From a virus, in IMG/VR virus record IMGVR_UViG_3300032116_015700, positions 1 to 64,000 of that record: DNA of 64,000 nucleotides; one strand, written 5' to 3'. Below the pieces are notes generated by a model. It was not told the DNA's origin. It saw only the letters and a program-made list of their open reading frames with translations, and searched no databases. Below are positions 1 through 9,401 of the stretch, in pieces. Both the position numbers and the translations under genes were made by a program. Position 1 is the first letter of the stretch. Every line of letters begins with the position of its first letter.

Positions 1-1084
1 CCATACCCAAACAACCTTCGTATTCTGCACCTAATGTTTGAATAAAATCATTCATTGGATTACATATCTCTTTATAACCTTTACCATCTCCTTTGGAACT
101 TGCATACACATCCGCAATATTAACTGCGAGAATACCACCTTTCTTTAAAGTGGGCCATACATTTGCAATTGTTTTGTGAAGGAACTGCTTATTCCACGCA
201 TCAATATTTTTATATCTCACCCAACTCTGTGTATCATCGTATGAATATCTTTCAACATTAAAATACGGCGGTGAACTGAATACAATATCAAAGTGATTTT
301 CATATTCACTCAAATCGGCATCTTCTGCAGGTGAAATAATAAAATCTGCTTTCTTTTCGGTTTCAAAAAATGAATTATTTTTGGAATAAAATTCAGCTTG
401 TTTATGGTATATTGGATGATTTTCTACCCTAGGGTCTATACCTACATAATGTTCACCATTTTCTGATGCAAAGAAACCACATAAACGGTCACCCCACCCA
501 GCTGATATATCTAATACATTTTTAGCACCATAAAAATCATATAGAACTTTTGCAGCATTTGGTTTGAATTGAGAGCAAATATATTTTCTCAAACTCAAAC
601 ATACTCTTAATTCGTTTCTTCCAACTTCATCAAATTTAAGAGTATATAATCCACCCATAAGTGTTGTCATAAATTCTTTACTTGCCCAAGTTCTTTTTGG
701 TCCAGGTGAAACGGTGCCATCAACACTCCAACGATTTGATTGTTGAAAATGATTTGATGCATCATTACCGGTGTTTAGTCTACGAATGTATTGTGGTTTA
801 CCTTGAAAATCTAATGAATATCTAAAATCAGATGCTTTTCTCGGAAACCATTCACCTTCGGTAAACAATTCATTCCAACGAATGCCTTTAAGTGCAAGGT
901 ATTCTTTTCTAGCCTCATCTTCACTTATTTCCGCATAAGGAAGTTCGTACGTCATAGCTACATCTGCCAATGATTCTTTTACATCATTAATATCAAATGT
1001 TGTTTTGATATGTTTCCATTCTTCAGCATTAATGTGAAGATACGGCTCCATACCTTTAAATTTATCAAAATAATTTAAATACAT
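1..1084 (-). CDS. DNA amino-methyltransferase (probably N4-cytosine, SPPY type); 3' end runs off the window
   Basis: Not in the ORF track; hand-translated from ATG at 1084 (MYLNYFDKFKGMEPYL...). SAM-binding motif I VLDISAGWGDR, followed by catalytic motif IV FDIVFSSPPYF and LKKGGILAVNIAD. Start overlaps the GNAT stop. Confidence 0.85.
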   Translation of the reverse strand, partial: MYLNYFDKFKGMEPYLHINAEEWKHIKTTFDINDVKESLADVAMTYELPYAEISEDEARKEYLALKGIRWNELFTEGEWFPRKASDFRYSLDFQGKPQYIRRLNTGNDASNHFQQSNRWSVDGTVSPGPKRTWASKEFMTTLMGGLYTLKFDEVGRNELRVCLSLRKYICSQFKPNAAKVLYDFYGAKNVLDISAGWGDRLCGFFASENGEHYVGIDPRVENHPIYHKQAEFYSKNNSFFETEKKADFIISPAEDADLSEYENHFDIVFSSPPYFNVERYSYDDTQSWVRYKNIDAWNKQFLHKTIANVWPTLKKGGILAVNIADVYASSKGDGKGYKEICNPMNDFIQTLGAEYEGCLGM

Positions 1085-1596
1085 ATGTTTTCAATATTTT
1101 TGTTTGCAACCAATCGTAATCGGAATACAATACCATTTATAATACCATCTTTTTTACTAGTCCAATTAATATCCGAGTCTTTTACAAAACCATATCTTTC
1201 ATAAAACAATACTGCTCTATAATTAAATGCCCTAACAGTTAAGAATAAGTTCTCTGCATGTTGTGATTTACAATACTCAACAAACTCATCCAATACTTCT
1301 CTACTAGCATTTGTTTTAGAATGATTTGTTGCAATCTGATGAAGGATAAAATCTCCCTTCTTTTTATATGTGGTAGCGTTTTTACTCATTCTACCATGAG
1401 ATTTATATTTTCCAAAAGTGATTACAACACCATCTTGCAATATCATACCACCTTTTTCAATATATTTTTCCAATTTAAATCCCTGCTTATGGAGATGTGG
1501 AAATATTTCAGGATACAAATCAATAATAGCAGATGCTTGATTTACAGCTTCTATCATTTCAGGTGTACCCTTCTCAGCTTTTACAAAATTAAGCAT
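1075..1596 (-). CDS. GNAT-family N-acetyltransferase
   Basis: ILHQIAT...LFLTVRAFNYRAVLFYERYGF matches the GNAT C-terminal motif (N..A..FY.+.GF); the acetyl-CoA loop is degenerate. Confidence 0.75.
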   Translation of the reverse strand: MLNFVKAEKGTPEMIEAVNQASAIIDLYPEIFPHLHKQGFKLEKYIEKGGMILQDGVVITFGKYKSHGRMSKNATTYKKKGDFILHQIATNHSKTNASREVLDEFVEYCKSQHAENLFLTVRAFNYRAVLFYERYGFVKDSDINWTSKKDGIINGIVFRLRLVANKNIENICI

Positions 1597-3046
1597 ATTG
1601 AAAGAATTTATTTTGATTTATTTGGTCTTTATACAAATATACCGATTTTAATTGAGATTTCAAAATATCTTTTTTCGCTTCCATCATATCACCCGTCCTA
1701 CATCCTTTAGCGAAGTAAACTTTAGGTCTATATAATAACTCATCCGAAATCTCACCCTTAAATGCTGCTCTCAATAGTGGTTTCATATGCCCACCTTCTT
1801 TCTGATACAATGGTGGAATGTTTAGGGTATATTCTACAAACGGTCTCCAACTATAAGGAGTTCTTACTTCAACCGTTCCACCCCACATAATAGATTGATT
1901 AGTTGTTAAGAAGTTTGTTTTATGTACATCTTCTACTAACTTTCGTCTTGCCTTATCATAATCTTCCGGTCTCCAATGAAACGCCTGAATATGTCCATAA
2001 CTTCCCCAAATCTCATCCGAAAGGTCACCACTAAACACAACTTTGAAACCTAATTCATTTATCTTTTTTGAAAGTGCTATTTGTGCAATTGCTGAACCTA
2101 CATTTTGCCATCTACTCTGCTCAATCACATAAAGTGTTTCTTCAATTGCATCTTCTACATCTTTTTCAGTTAATATAATTTCATGCAATTTAACACCAAA
2201 CTCTTTAGCTGCAATTCTGGCATATTTTATATCATCGTTCTTTGTATCACCGTCACCCATTGAAACTACAAATGCCTCAATATCAGGTTTAATACGTGAA
2301 AGGATATAAGTTGTAATTACCGAATCAATACCACCGCTAAGAATTGTGCAAATAGGAACATCTGAAACCATTTTAGCTCTTACGGCTTCTTCCAACATTG
2401 TTCTTATCTTACTAACAATAACATCTCTATCATCGTTAATAATTTCGTTTGGAAGTGTGTAATAAGTTTGTGTTGAATGTTCTAATGTTTTATAATTGTA
2501 TTCTAAATAAGTACCTGGATAAATTGCCTTAACTTGTTTTTCATATAAATCAGTAAGTGGAAGACCTTTCTTTTCTGAGCAGAATACTAATTTACCATCA
2601 TTATCAATTCCATACCAAAGTGGAAGTTCACCTACATAATCTCTAACTACAAATACTTTATTAAGCTTTGTATCAACTATTGCAAATGAAAACATACCAT
2701 CCAATTCCTTAAACACATCTACACCAAATTGTTCATACCCATTGAGTATTATTTCGGTATCAGATTTTGTTCGGAAAGGTATAGTAATTCTTTCTCTTAA
2801 ATCTTTTGTGTATTGACTATCCCACAACTCACCATTATACACAATGCAAATAGTTTTATCACCATTCCACATTGGTTGGTTTGCGGTATCAGAAAGGTCC
2901 TGAATTGAAAGACGGTTGTGTCCTACAAAGAAATTACCAATCTTTTCAACTTTAGAAGCATCTCTACCTCTATGAATTATTTTTTGTAACTGGGTATTAG
3001 TTTGCCCTTTAGATGTAAACCAATTACCACCTATTATTCCACACAT
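1589..3046 (-). CDS. asnB: Asparagine synthetase B-like glutamine amidotransferase
   Basis: N-terminal MCGI (Ntn Cys), HRGRD, GHNRLSIQD, ANQPM, YNGEL, SDTE, PP-loop LSGGIDS, VFSGDLSDE, VEVRTPY. Confidence 0.9.
   Translation of the reverse strand: MCGIIGGNWFTSKGQTNTQLQKIIHRGRDASKVEKIGNFFVGHNRLSIQDLSDTANQPMWNGDKTICIVYNGELWDSQYTKDLRERITIPFRTKSDTEIILNGYEQFGVDVFKELDGMFSFAIVDTKLNKVFVVRDYVGELPLWYGIDNDGKLVFCSEKKGLPLTDLYEKQVKAIYPGTYLEYNYKTLEHSTQTYYTLPNEIINDDRDVIVSKIRTMLEEAVRAKMVSDVPICTILSGGIDSVITTYILSRIKPDIEAFVVSMGDGDTKNDDIKYARIAAKEFGVKLHEIILTEKDVEDAIEETLYVIEQSRWQNVGSAIAQIALSKKINELGFKVVFSGDLSDEIWGSYGHIQAFHWRPEDYDKARRKLVEDVHKTNFLTTNQSIMWGGTVEVRTPYSWRPFVEYTLNIPPLYQKEGGHMKPLLRAAFKGEISDELLYRPKVYFAKGCRTGDMMEAKKDILKSQLKSVYLYKDQINQNKFFQYA
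1634..1664 (-). promoter_or_regulatory. Possible internal Bacteroidota-type promoter for the GNAT and MTase genes
   Basis: Minus strand TTTG-N19-TATATTTG inside the asnB 3' end, about 37 nt upstream of the GNAT start. Confidence 0.4.
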
Positions 3047-3050
3047 ATAA

Positions 3051-3082
3051 CAAATATACGAAACTTATTGAACTTTACCAAA
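3051..3082 (-). promoter_or_regulatory. Bacteroidota housekeeping-type promoter (-33 TTTG / -7 TAnnTTTG)
   Basis: TTTG-gtaaagttcaataagtttcg(20 nt)-TATATTTG, ending 4 nt before the asnB ATG. Confidence 0.8.
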
Positions 3083-3083
3083 T

Positions 3084-3350
3084 TTATTTTATTGCCTCAT
3101 TAATAGCATTTGTGTAGGCAAGTTTAGAAGATAAACCTTGAAATCTTTCTATAATTACACCATCTTTTTCAACCACAACCAATGGAATTGATGTTACATT
3201 GTATTGCTGTGCTTCTTCTGGAGAATTATCAACATCATATTCAATAAATGTTGCTTTACCTGTATATTCGGTTTTTAATTGTTCTAATACTGGCTTTAGT
3301 GCTCTGCATGGTCCACACCATACTGCTCCAAATTTTTTAATCGTTACCAT
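3084..3350 (-). CDS. trxA: Thioredoxin
   Basis: WCGPC active site, DVD, cis-Pro motif SIP; 88 aa. Confidence 0.93.
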   Translation of the reverse strand: MVTIKKFGAVWCGPCRALKPVLEQLKTEYTGKATFIEYDVDNSPEEAQQYNVTSIPLVVVEKDGVIIERFQGLSSKLAYTNAINEAIK

Positions 3351-3531
3351 CTTTTAAATGTTTATATTGTTGTTCTATATTTGTATTATCGCTTTGATGT
3401 TTAGGTTCGTAAGGACAGTGTCTACATCCACTACCACAACAATATCCTCTTTCTATATGGTATTGTGGAGTAAACACTATCTTACTACCCTCAAAGTAAT
3501 ACAGCTCCTCTCTTTGTTTATTTAACTTCAC
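3337..3531 (-). CDS. Small Cys-rich protein (DUF5522-like)
   Basis: VFTPQYHIERGYCCGSGCRHCPY motif. Start uncertain (GTG at 3531 overlapping the RNR stop, or 3561 as in the track). Confidence 0.7.
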   Translation of the reverse strand: MKLNKQREELYYFEGSKIVFTPQYHIERGYCCGSGCRHCPYEPKHQSDNTNIEQQYKHLKDGND

Positions 3532-5374
3532 AAGCTCCCCCTGCACATGCCAACTCACCACTTAAGTCAGTTGTATCTTCTAACTCTATAACTTTACTTA
3601 AATCAACATCATGCAATGTCTTCATAAGTTCTTCATACTTCTCTTTTGTACAATCTTCAAATGGTGCTTGAATATAAGTTCCACCATCGTAAGGTAATAC
3701 TGATAATCCGTTATAGAAATCTTTATTCTCCCACATCCACTCACCAACTGCTTTCCACTCATGCTCTCTAATAGAAATCGTAGCGGATACGTTGTGTGTA
3801 TTGTTACCACTTCTATGACCAGGCTTAACCCACTCACCATGTACTTTCTTTACTCTCTCCAACAATTGTAGTGGAGATTCAGTACGGAAGATTGCGTTAT
3901 CTGGTGCTTTTTGTGGAATACCAATTACTGCGGTATCATGTGGTCTGAAATATTCATCTTCAACCAATTCAGGATGATGAAGAACTAAATGTGAATAGAT
4001 ACTTTCGTTCTTACCAACTCTTACTCTACGAATATAGTAATCATTGTGCCAAGCGTGAATACCAGATGATGTACCTAAAGTTAATGATGTAGTTCCTGCA
4101 GGTTTTACAGTTGTACATCTAGCCGAAGCGTTGATTCCAATTAGGTCTGCAACTCTTTTGTTTTCTTCTTTTACAACTTTAGCTGCTGCTTTCATATCGT
4201 GCTTTAAAATAGCACCACTACCAATACCCGTCATAGATACACCAATTAGTGCATCCTTTTCAGTTGTTCTTTGCCAAATTGGTCTTAAATAATGAAAATC
4301 AGTATAACCCGCTTGCAAAGTTCCAATGAATGCCGCTGCTTTAACTCTTGCTTCCAAATCTTCCTGGTCTGCAATATCACTCACATTTACTTCACATAAG
4401 TTACAGAACTGATAAGGTCTTAAAGCGATTTCACAACAAGGGTTAGTTCCCCAATCTTTATCGTTACTCAAATAGATACCAGGTTCACCTGCTCCACTTG
4501 CTTCAATACGCTTCCACAAATCCATAAAGTATTCCTTTGTGATTTTGTGTCTCATCAATACTGCTGAGTTGTTTGCTCTACCTCTTTGTGGATTTGTTTC
4601 CCACCATGCACCACTCTTACAACTAATCATCTTCTCATCGGTTGCTGAGAATAATGAAATAAGTGCTGCTCTACGAATACCACCTGCTAATACTGCATCA
4701 GCGATGTGGCAAATAATATCGTGTACTTCAATTGGTTCTAATTTATCACCGTCTTTGTGTGCATCTAATATACCTTCTACCTTAATCAAACACTCTTTAA
4801 GTGGTTGAGGACCTGGTGCTTTACCACCTGATGTAATTAATCTTGCACCCTTTGGTCTGATATCTCTAAAATCAAATACAGGCTTACTTCCACCAAAGAA
4901 GTATGCTTTCATTAATACTAATACTGCATCCGCCCATCCTTCAATAGAATCACCAATAAGAAATCTTCTTGTTTTATCTGCATTTGGTTTTCTAATTTCA
5001 GGTAGTTGGTCAACGTGATGCTTTTGTACAGAGTAACCTACACCCGTTCCACCCAATAAAAGAAACATAATTTCTGAAAACACTCTCCAATCATCTGCTG
5101 GTGCGAATGCGCAGTTGTAAATTCTATTTGGTGAAATTTCAATTGGTTTACCAGCAAACTGCATTGAACGCATTGATGGTAATACCTTTTTATCATACAC
5201 GAATTTGTAGTTCTCTTTAATTTCTTTTTTTAAGGTTGGATACTTCTTAATATGCATTTCCATATTACGAGTCACCAATTCTTCCCATGTTTCTCTTCTG
5301 TTTAGTTCCGGCACATACTTTGCATACTTCATATACACTGTGATATCCGATAAAATTCGTGTTGAAATGTCCAT
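3518..5374 (-). CDS. nrdJ: Class II (adenosylcobalamin-dependent) ribonucleotide reductase, monomeric RTPR type
   Basis: YNCAF, GTGVG, GGIRRAA, TNPCCEI (thiyl Cys), CNLCEVN, TTVKPAGT, C-terminal CAGGAC redox pair; no beta subunit nearby. Confidence 0.9.
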   Translation of the reverse strand: MDISTRILSDITVYMKYAKYVPELNRRETWEELVTRNMEMHIKKYPTLKKEIKENYKFVYDKKVLPSMRSMQFAGKPIEISPNRIYNCAFAPADDWRVFSEIMFLLLGGTGVGYSVQKHHVDQLPEIRKPNADKTRRFLIGDSIEGWADAVLVLMKAYFFGGSKPVFDFRDIRPKGARLITSGGKAPGPQPLKECLIKVEGILDAHKDGDKLEPIEVHDIICHIADAVLAGGIRRAALISLFSATDEKMISCKSGAWWETNPQRGRANNSAVLMRHKITKEYFMDLWKRIEASGAGEPGIYLSNDKDWGTNPCCEIALRPYQFCNLCEVNVSDIADQEDLEARVKAAAFIGTLQAGYTDFHYLRPIWQRTTEKDALIGVSMTGIGSGAILKHDMKAAAKVVKEENKRVADLIGINASARCTTVKPAGTTSLTLGTSSGIHAWHNDYYIRRVRVGKNESIYSHLVLHHPELVEDEYFRPHDTAVIGIPQKAPDNAIFRTESPLQLLERVKKVHGEWVKPGHRSGNNTHNVSATISIREHEWKAVGEWMWENKDFYNGLSVLPYDGGTYIQAPFEDCTKEKYEELMKTLHDVDLSKVIELEDTTDLSGELACAGGACEVK

Positions 5375-5535
5375 AATTCTTTTTGATTAAATTGTTTAGT
5401 GTATTTTTTTCAGGAAAATCCCAAAATAAAAAAATAAATATGGGTTGCCTGACTAAACAATACAAGCTTGTGGATAAAAAATCCACTTTTCTTAAAATAT
5501 TTTTGAATGTTAAAATAAGTGTCTATTATAACATA

Positions 5536-5559
5536 TGAAAGGGGAGAGTTACTCCCCTA
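5536..5559 (-). terminator. Hairpin / probable intrinsic terminator after the histone-like gene
   Basis: AGGGGAG-taact-CTCCCCT followed by a short T run. Confidence 0.55.
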
Positions 5560-5562
5560 TCA

Positions 5563-5742
5563 TTATGATGCCTTCTGCTCTTCTGTTGAAGCTTTCTTAT
5601 AGGCTGTTACTAACTTCTTCAACTCACCAATTGCTTTTCTTGCTCTTGATTTGTTTACTTTTTTAGTACCATTGTGCTCAGTTTCAAAAGTTACAAATAA
5701 ACCTTTGATTTGTTCGAATAATTCTTGACTTGTTTGTGCCAT
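5563..5742 (-). CDS. Histone H1-like (Hc1-family) small basic DNA-binding protein
   Basis: Missed by the track. 59 aa MAQTSQELFEQIKGLFVTFETEHNGTKKVNKSRARKAIGELKKLVTAYKKASTEEQKAS; RARKA..EL.KL...++.S resembles Bacteroidota Hc1-like proteins. Confidence 0.7.
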   Translation of the reverse strand: MAQTSQELFEQIKGLFVTFETEHNGTKKVNKSRARKAIGELKKLVTAYKKASTEEQKAS

Positions 5743-5761
5743 AGTTTTTGTTTTTTAATTG

Positions 5762-7156
5762 TTATCCTAATCCTGTAACCATTTGCGGTTTGTTTCCAAC
5801 CGGCATAGTTTCTACATATTTTTTATGTAATAACTGTCTTTCTATTTCTACACCATTCGCACTTGCTTTTTGTGCCAATACTCCATCGGCTGATGTTGCA
5901 GTATATACATCCAAAATACCATGTGTGGTGTCCATTTTTGCGGGGAAGGTGATTCCATCTTGTCCAAAACGATTTTTCATTACGTGCACCCTTGCAGTAT
6001 TGCTCAGTTTATCTTTAGCTTTTCGGCTTAAACTCATAATGAAATCGGCGTTCATTACTTTAGCATATGAATCTGCAATCTTATCTGCTTCAATAACTTC
6101 CGAATCAATTGCTGAACGATTAGTTTGTGATGCTGTCCAAATTGGAATTCCTAACTCACCACTCATTCCTCTCAAATCAATATACACACCACCTTGCTCA
6201 GCGTATGTACTATCGGTTTTGTTTGAGTGTGATAATAATAGGTCAGCGTAATCTATAATTATAAGGTCAGGTTTATTACCTGCCGCTATCATCTTTTCTA
6301 AATGTGCCTGAATTGTTTTTGAACTTGCAGCTTTAGGTGGAAAATATTTGATTTTAAGTTTACCTTTCAACTTTTTAAGTGAAATTAATACTTCTTCTTT
6401 TTTATCCACCAATTCATGTGATGCGATGTGTGAGAATACAGTATCGTATCTTAAACCAACATACTCTTGTGATAGTTCTAATGAATAATGTGCCACAGTG
6501 AAACCAGCTCTTACTGCTGCTGCTCCCAACGCACACAATACCCAAGTCTTACCAACACCGGAAGGTGCTACCACTACTCCTAATTCACCAGGTCCTAAAC
6601 CCCCATTCATCAATTCGTTTATACATTGCCAATCAGTCCCAACAGTATCTCTCTTTGTTTCATCGTATCTCTTTTCAAAATCAATAAGATAATCCATTCC
6701 CAAATCCGAATCAACACCAACCTTCATTGCCTTATCAACCAATTCTTTGATTTTATCATAGTTGCCTGATTTTAACAAGTCAATAGATTGTACAATTACA
6801 TTCTTTAGGTTTTGGTTTATACAAAATGATGTGAACTCATCTTTGATATATGCTAAATCAGTATTACCAATTTGTCCATATACTTCTTTGAGTTGAGTTA
6901 CAATTGTTTTTTGTAAAGATTGATTATCAAGTTTAGATACTTGAACTTTAAATACATCCAACGAAGGTACTTTATTGTAATCTTTATGGTGAGATACAAT
7001 TTCATCCACTATCCACTTATTTGCTTCGGACTCAAAGAACTTCTTATGGATTACATCTGAAAGTGTATCCATCATTCGTTCATCCGTAAGCAAAGCAGAT
7101 ATTACTTTGGTCTGAAATGATTGCCCATATTTAGAGAGTGTATCTTCGCTGTGCAT
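5762..7156 (-). CDS. Replicative DNA helicase (DnaB / T4 gp41-like)
   Basis: Walker A APSGVGKT, YSLEL, IIIDYADL, WTASQTNR, IADS, KNRFG. Confidence 0.92.
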   Translation of the reverse strand: MHSEDTLSKYGQSFQTKVISALLTDERMMDTLSDVIHKKFFESEANKWIVDEIVSHHKDYNKVPSLDVFKVQVSKLDNQSLQKTIVTQLKEVYGQIGNTDLAYIKDEFTSFCINQNLKNVIVQSIDLLKSGNYDKIKELVDKAMKVGVDSDLGMDYLIDFEKRYDETKRDTVGTDWQCINELMNGGLGPGELGVVVAPSGVGKTWVLCALGAAAVRAGFTVAHYSLELSQEYVGLRYDTVFSHIASHELVDKKEEVLISLKKLKGKLKIKYFPPKAASSKTIQAHLEKMIAAGNKPDLIIIDYADLLLSHSNKTDSTYAEQGGVYIDLRGMSGELGIPIWTASQTNRSAIDSEVIEADKIADSYAKVMNADFIMSLSRKAKDKLSNTARVHVMKNRFGQDGITFPAKMDTTHGILDVYTATSADGVLAQKASANGVEIERQLLHKKYVETMPVGNKPQMVTGLG

Positions 7157-7171
7157 AATTTAATTGGTTTA

Positions 7172-7203
7172 CAAATATACAACAATTTAGTTAGTTCACC
7201 AAA
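7172..7203 (-). promoter_or_regulatory. Bacteroidota-type promoter upstream of the helicase
   Basis: TTTG-N20-TATATTTG. Confidence 0.8.
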
Positions 7204-8247
7204 TTATTTTATGATTATATTTGTATAAGTTGATTTTAACCAATCGTTTATATCTTTCCAGTTTTGAAGAATTTTATACTTCATAGCGGCTTTGATAAAT
7301 TCCATCTTATCAAACTTTCGGTTTGGTTCAGCGAATCTATCGTTAATTTTCAACTTCGTATTTGTATTGATATGTGGTTCTTGCAATTGCATGATTTGTC
7401 TATTTCTTAACACATCATCTTTAGCTGCAAGAATATCTTCATAGATTTTGGCTTCTCCTTTTTTATCTTCACATATTTGAAAGAACTCATCAAAAGTTAT
7501 TTCTCTATCTTCAGATAATTCAGGAAATCTTTTAAGAACTGTCTTTAATCCACATCCTTTAACACCAGGTACATTATCAGAATTATCACCATCTAATGTT
7601 CTGAATAGTAAAAGGTTTTGTGGATACAATCCATATTCTTCTTTAACCATTTCTCTATTGTAAAGTTTCTTTTTAGTTGGAGAAAATACAAATGTTTTTT
7701 CGTCTACTAATTGTAAAAAATCTTTATCGGTAGAAACGATATAACATTCTTCACCTTCACCAAGCACATGCTTAGCAATGTGTCCAATTACATCATCCGC
7801 TTCTATACCATCATATATCATTGTAGTGATTGGTAAACTATCTAATAGGTCTACTAACCATACAAATTGTCTTTTCATTGAAAGTTGCTCATCTTCTTGA
7901 GACATCATTTCAGGATATTGTCTATTAACCCTAAAACGATTCTTACCTCTATCAGCTTTATATCCTTCAAACAATTCTTTCCTACCTTTAGAACCACCCT
8001 TACCATCAAAGGTTAAGATAACTCTAGTTGGATTAAATTGGCGGATTTGATATCCGATTGAATTTAATGAACCAATAACTCCACCCGTATGTTCACCATC
8101 CTCATTCATTATGGGGTTGGTAGTCCAACTACGGATGAAGGTATTGAGTCCATCTATGATAAGAACTCTACCATTCCTTACCCTTTGGGTATTAGATTCA
8201 TGTTCAGATTCTACTTCATTGAGTAATTTTTTGTATAATTCTTTCAT
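7204..8247 (-). CDS. 5'-3' exonuclease / flap endonuclease (Pol I N-terminal domain, T4 RNase H-like)
   Basis: LIIDGLN, FDG, YKADR, EADDVI, STDKDFLQL, GDNSDNVPGVKGCGLKT helix-hairpin-helix. Confidence 0.92.
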   Translation of the reverse strand: MKELYKKLLNEVESEHESNTQRVRNGRVLIIDGLNTFIRSWTTNPIMNEDGEHTGGVIGSLNSIGYQIRQFNPTRVILTFDGKGGSKGRKELFEGYKADRGKNRFRVNRQYPEMMSQEDEQLSMKRQFVWLVDLLDSLPITTMIYDGIEADDVIGHIAKHVLGEGEECYIVSTDKDFLQLVDEKTFVFSPTKKKLYNREMVKEEYGLYPQNLLLFRTLDGDNSDNVPGVKGCGLKTVLKRFPELSEDREITFDEFFQICEDKKGEAKIYEDILAAKDDVLRNRQIMQLQEPHINTNTKLKINDRFAEPNRKFDKMEFIKAAMKYKILQNWKDINDWLKSTYTNIIIK

Positions 8248-8262
8248 ATTTTGTAACCTTTA

Positions 8263-9384
8263 TTAATCACCGATTACTTCCGAGTCTGTCACCAAACTAT
8301 CAGTATCCAATGAATCTTTTTTGTATTGTGAAATTGTTGCTTCGCAAATCCTTTTATAGATTTGCTCTTTTACTTCATTGTTAGCATCTAACGTTGAAGG
8401 AAAATCTTTGGATTGAAATTTAATCACTTCGCCAGTATCAATATCAGTATATTCATACCAAGCTCCTGATTGTTTTACAATACCATTGTCCTTCATTATT
8501 GCTAACCAAGCTCCATAGTTATCAATACCTCTGTCAAAGAAAATATCAAAATCAGCGGAACGTAACGGAGGTCCCATCCTATTCTTTACTACTTGACAAC
8601 GTACTTTGATACCTACGATTCTCTCATTACCATTCTCCTTAGCCTTAATCGTTCCCATACTCTTTAATCTTAAACGAACCGATGCGTGGAAAGCGATTGC
8701 TTTACCACCAGAAGTTGTCCAAGGGTCAGAGAATGGCATTGCGTTCATCTTCTGTCTTAATTGATTTGTGAAAACCAATGTGATTTTCTGTCTACCAATT
8801 AAGTTAGTGATTTTACGCATTGCTTTTGAGATTATGATTGCCTTATCGGTAGCGTAACCATCTTTACCATAATCAGCTTCCATTTCTTTTTCAGTAGATG
8901 CGGCGGCAACGGAATCCACCACAATCGTTACATACTTATCTTTGGATTGCGTTCTTACTTTTTCAATGATTGTTTCGGTGTACTCAAAACATTGCTCAAC
9001 AGTCTCAGCTGCTACATACAACATTTTAGATACATCAACTCCGATAGCTTCCAAGAACTCTCTACTTACGGCATTTTCAGTATCAATCAAAACAGCTATA
9101 CCACCTAACTTTTGTGTTTCGGCAAGTAAGTGTGCTGATAATAATGATTTACCGCTTTGTTCAAGTCCTGTCACTTCGGTAATTCTACCAACAGGCAAAC
9201 CACCATAAGGTCTATTGGAAATAGCAACGTCCAACAACGATGCTCCGGTTGAAATCCAACCATCTACATTTGTGGGTGCTTCATCAGAATCCAAAAAGAA
9301 TGCTACTCTTTGGTCTTTTGATTGTTTGTTTAGTGATTCGGCGAGCACTGCTGCCAAATCAACTTCTTTAGTTGCTTTTGCCAT
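8263..9384 (-). CDS. recA: RecA/UvsX recombinase
   Basis: GGLPVGRITEVTGLEQSGKS, IDTENA, VVDSVAA, FTNQLR, TTSGGKAIAFHASVRL, VVKNR. Confidence 0.93.
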   Translation of the reverse strand: MAKATKEVDLAAVLAESLNKQSKDQRVAFFLDSDEAPTNVDGWISTGASLLDVAISNRPYGGLPVGRITEVTGLEQSGKSLLSAHLLAETQKLGGIAVLIDTENAVSREFLEAIGVDVSKMLYVAAETVEQCFEYTETIIEKVRTQSKDKYVTIVVDSVAAASTEKEMEADYGKDGYATDKAIIISKAMRKITNLIGRQKITLVFTNQLRQKMNAMPFSDPWTTSGGKAIAFHASVRLRLKSMGTIKAKENGNERIVGIKVRCQVVKNRMGPPLRSADFDIFFDRGIDNYGAWLAIMKDNGIVKQSGAWYEYTDIDTGEVIKFQSKDFPSTLDANNEVKEQIYKRICEATISQYKKDSLDTDSLVTDSEVIGD

Positions 9385-9401
9385 ATTCTTTATAACTTAT
9401 T

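Noticed and set aside
5469-5477. Perfect DnaA box (TTATCCACA) upstream of nrdJ; two more at 17351 and 17450
   Set aside because: About one such 9-mer is expected by chance in this AT-rich window; the other two are explained by VDK codons; no cluster suggesting an origin.
3518-9384. Inteins or introns in RNR, helicase or RecA
   Set aside because: Proteins are of normal length with contiguous motifs and no splice-junction or homing endonuclease signatures.
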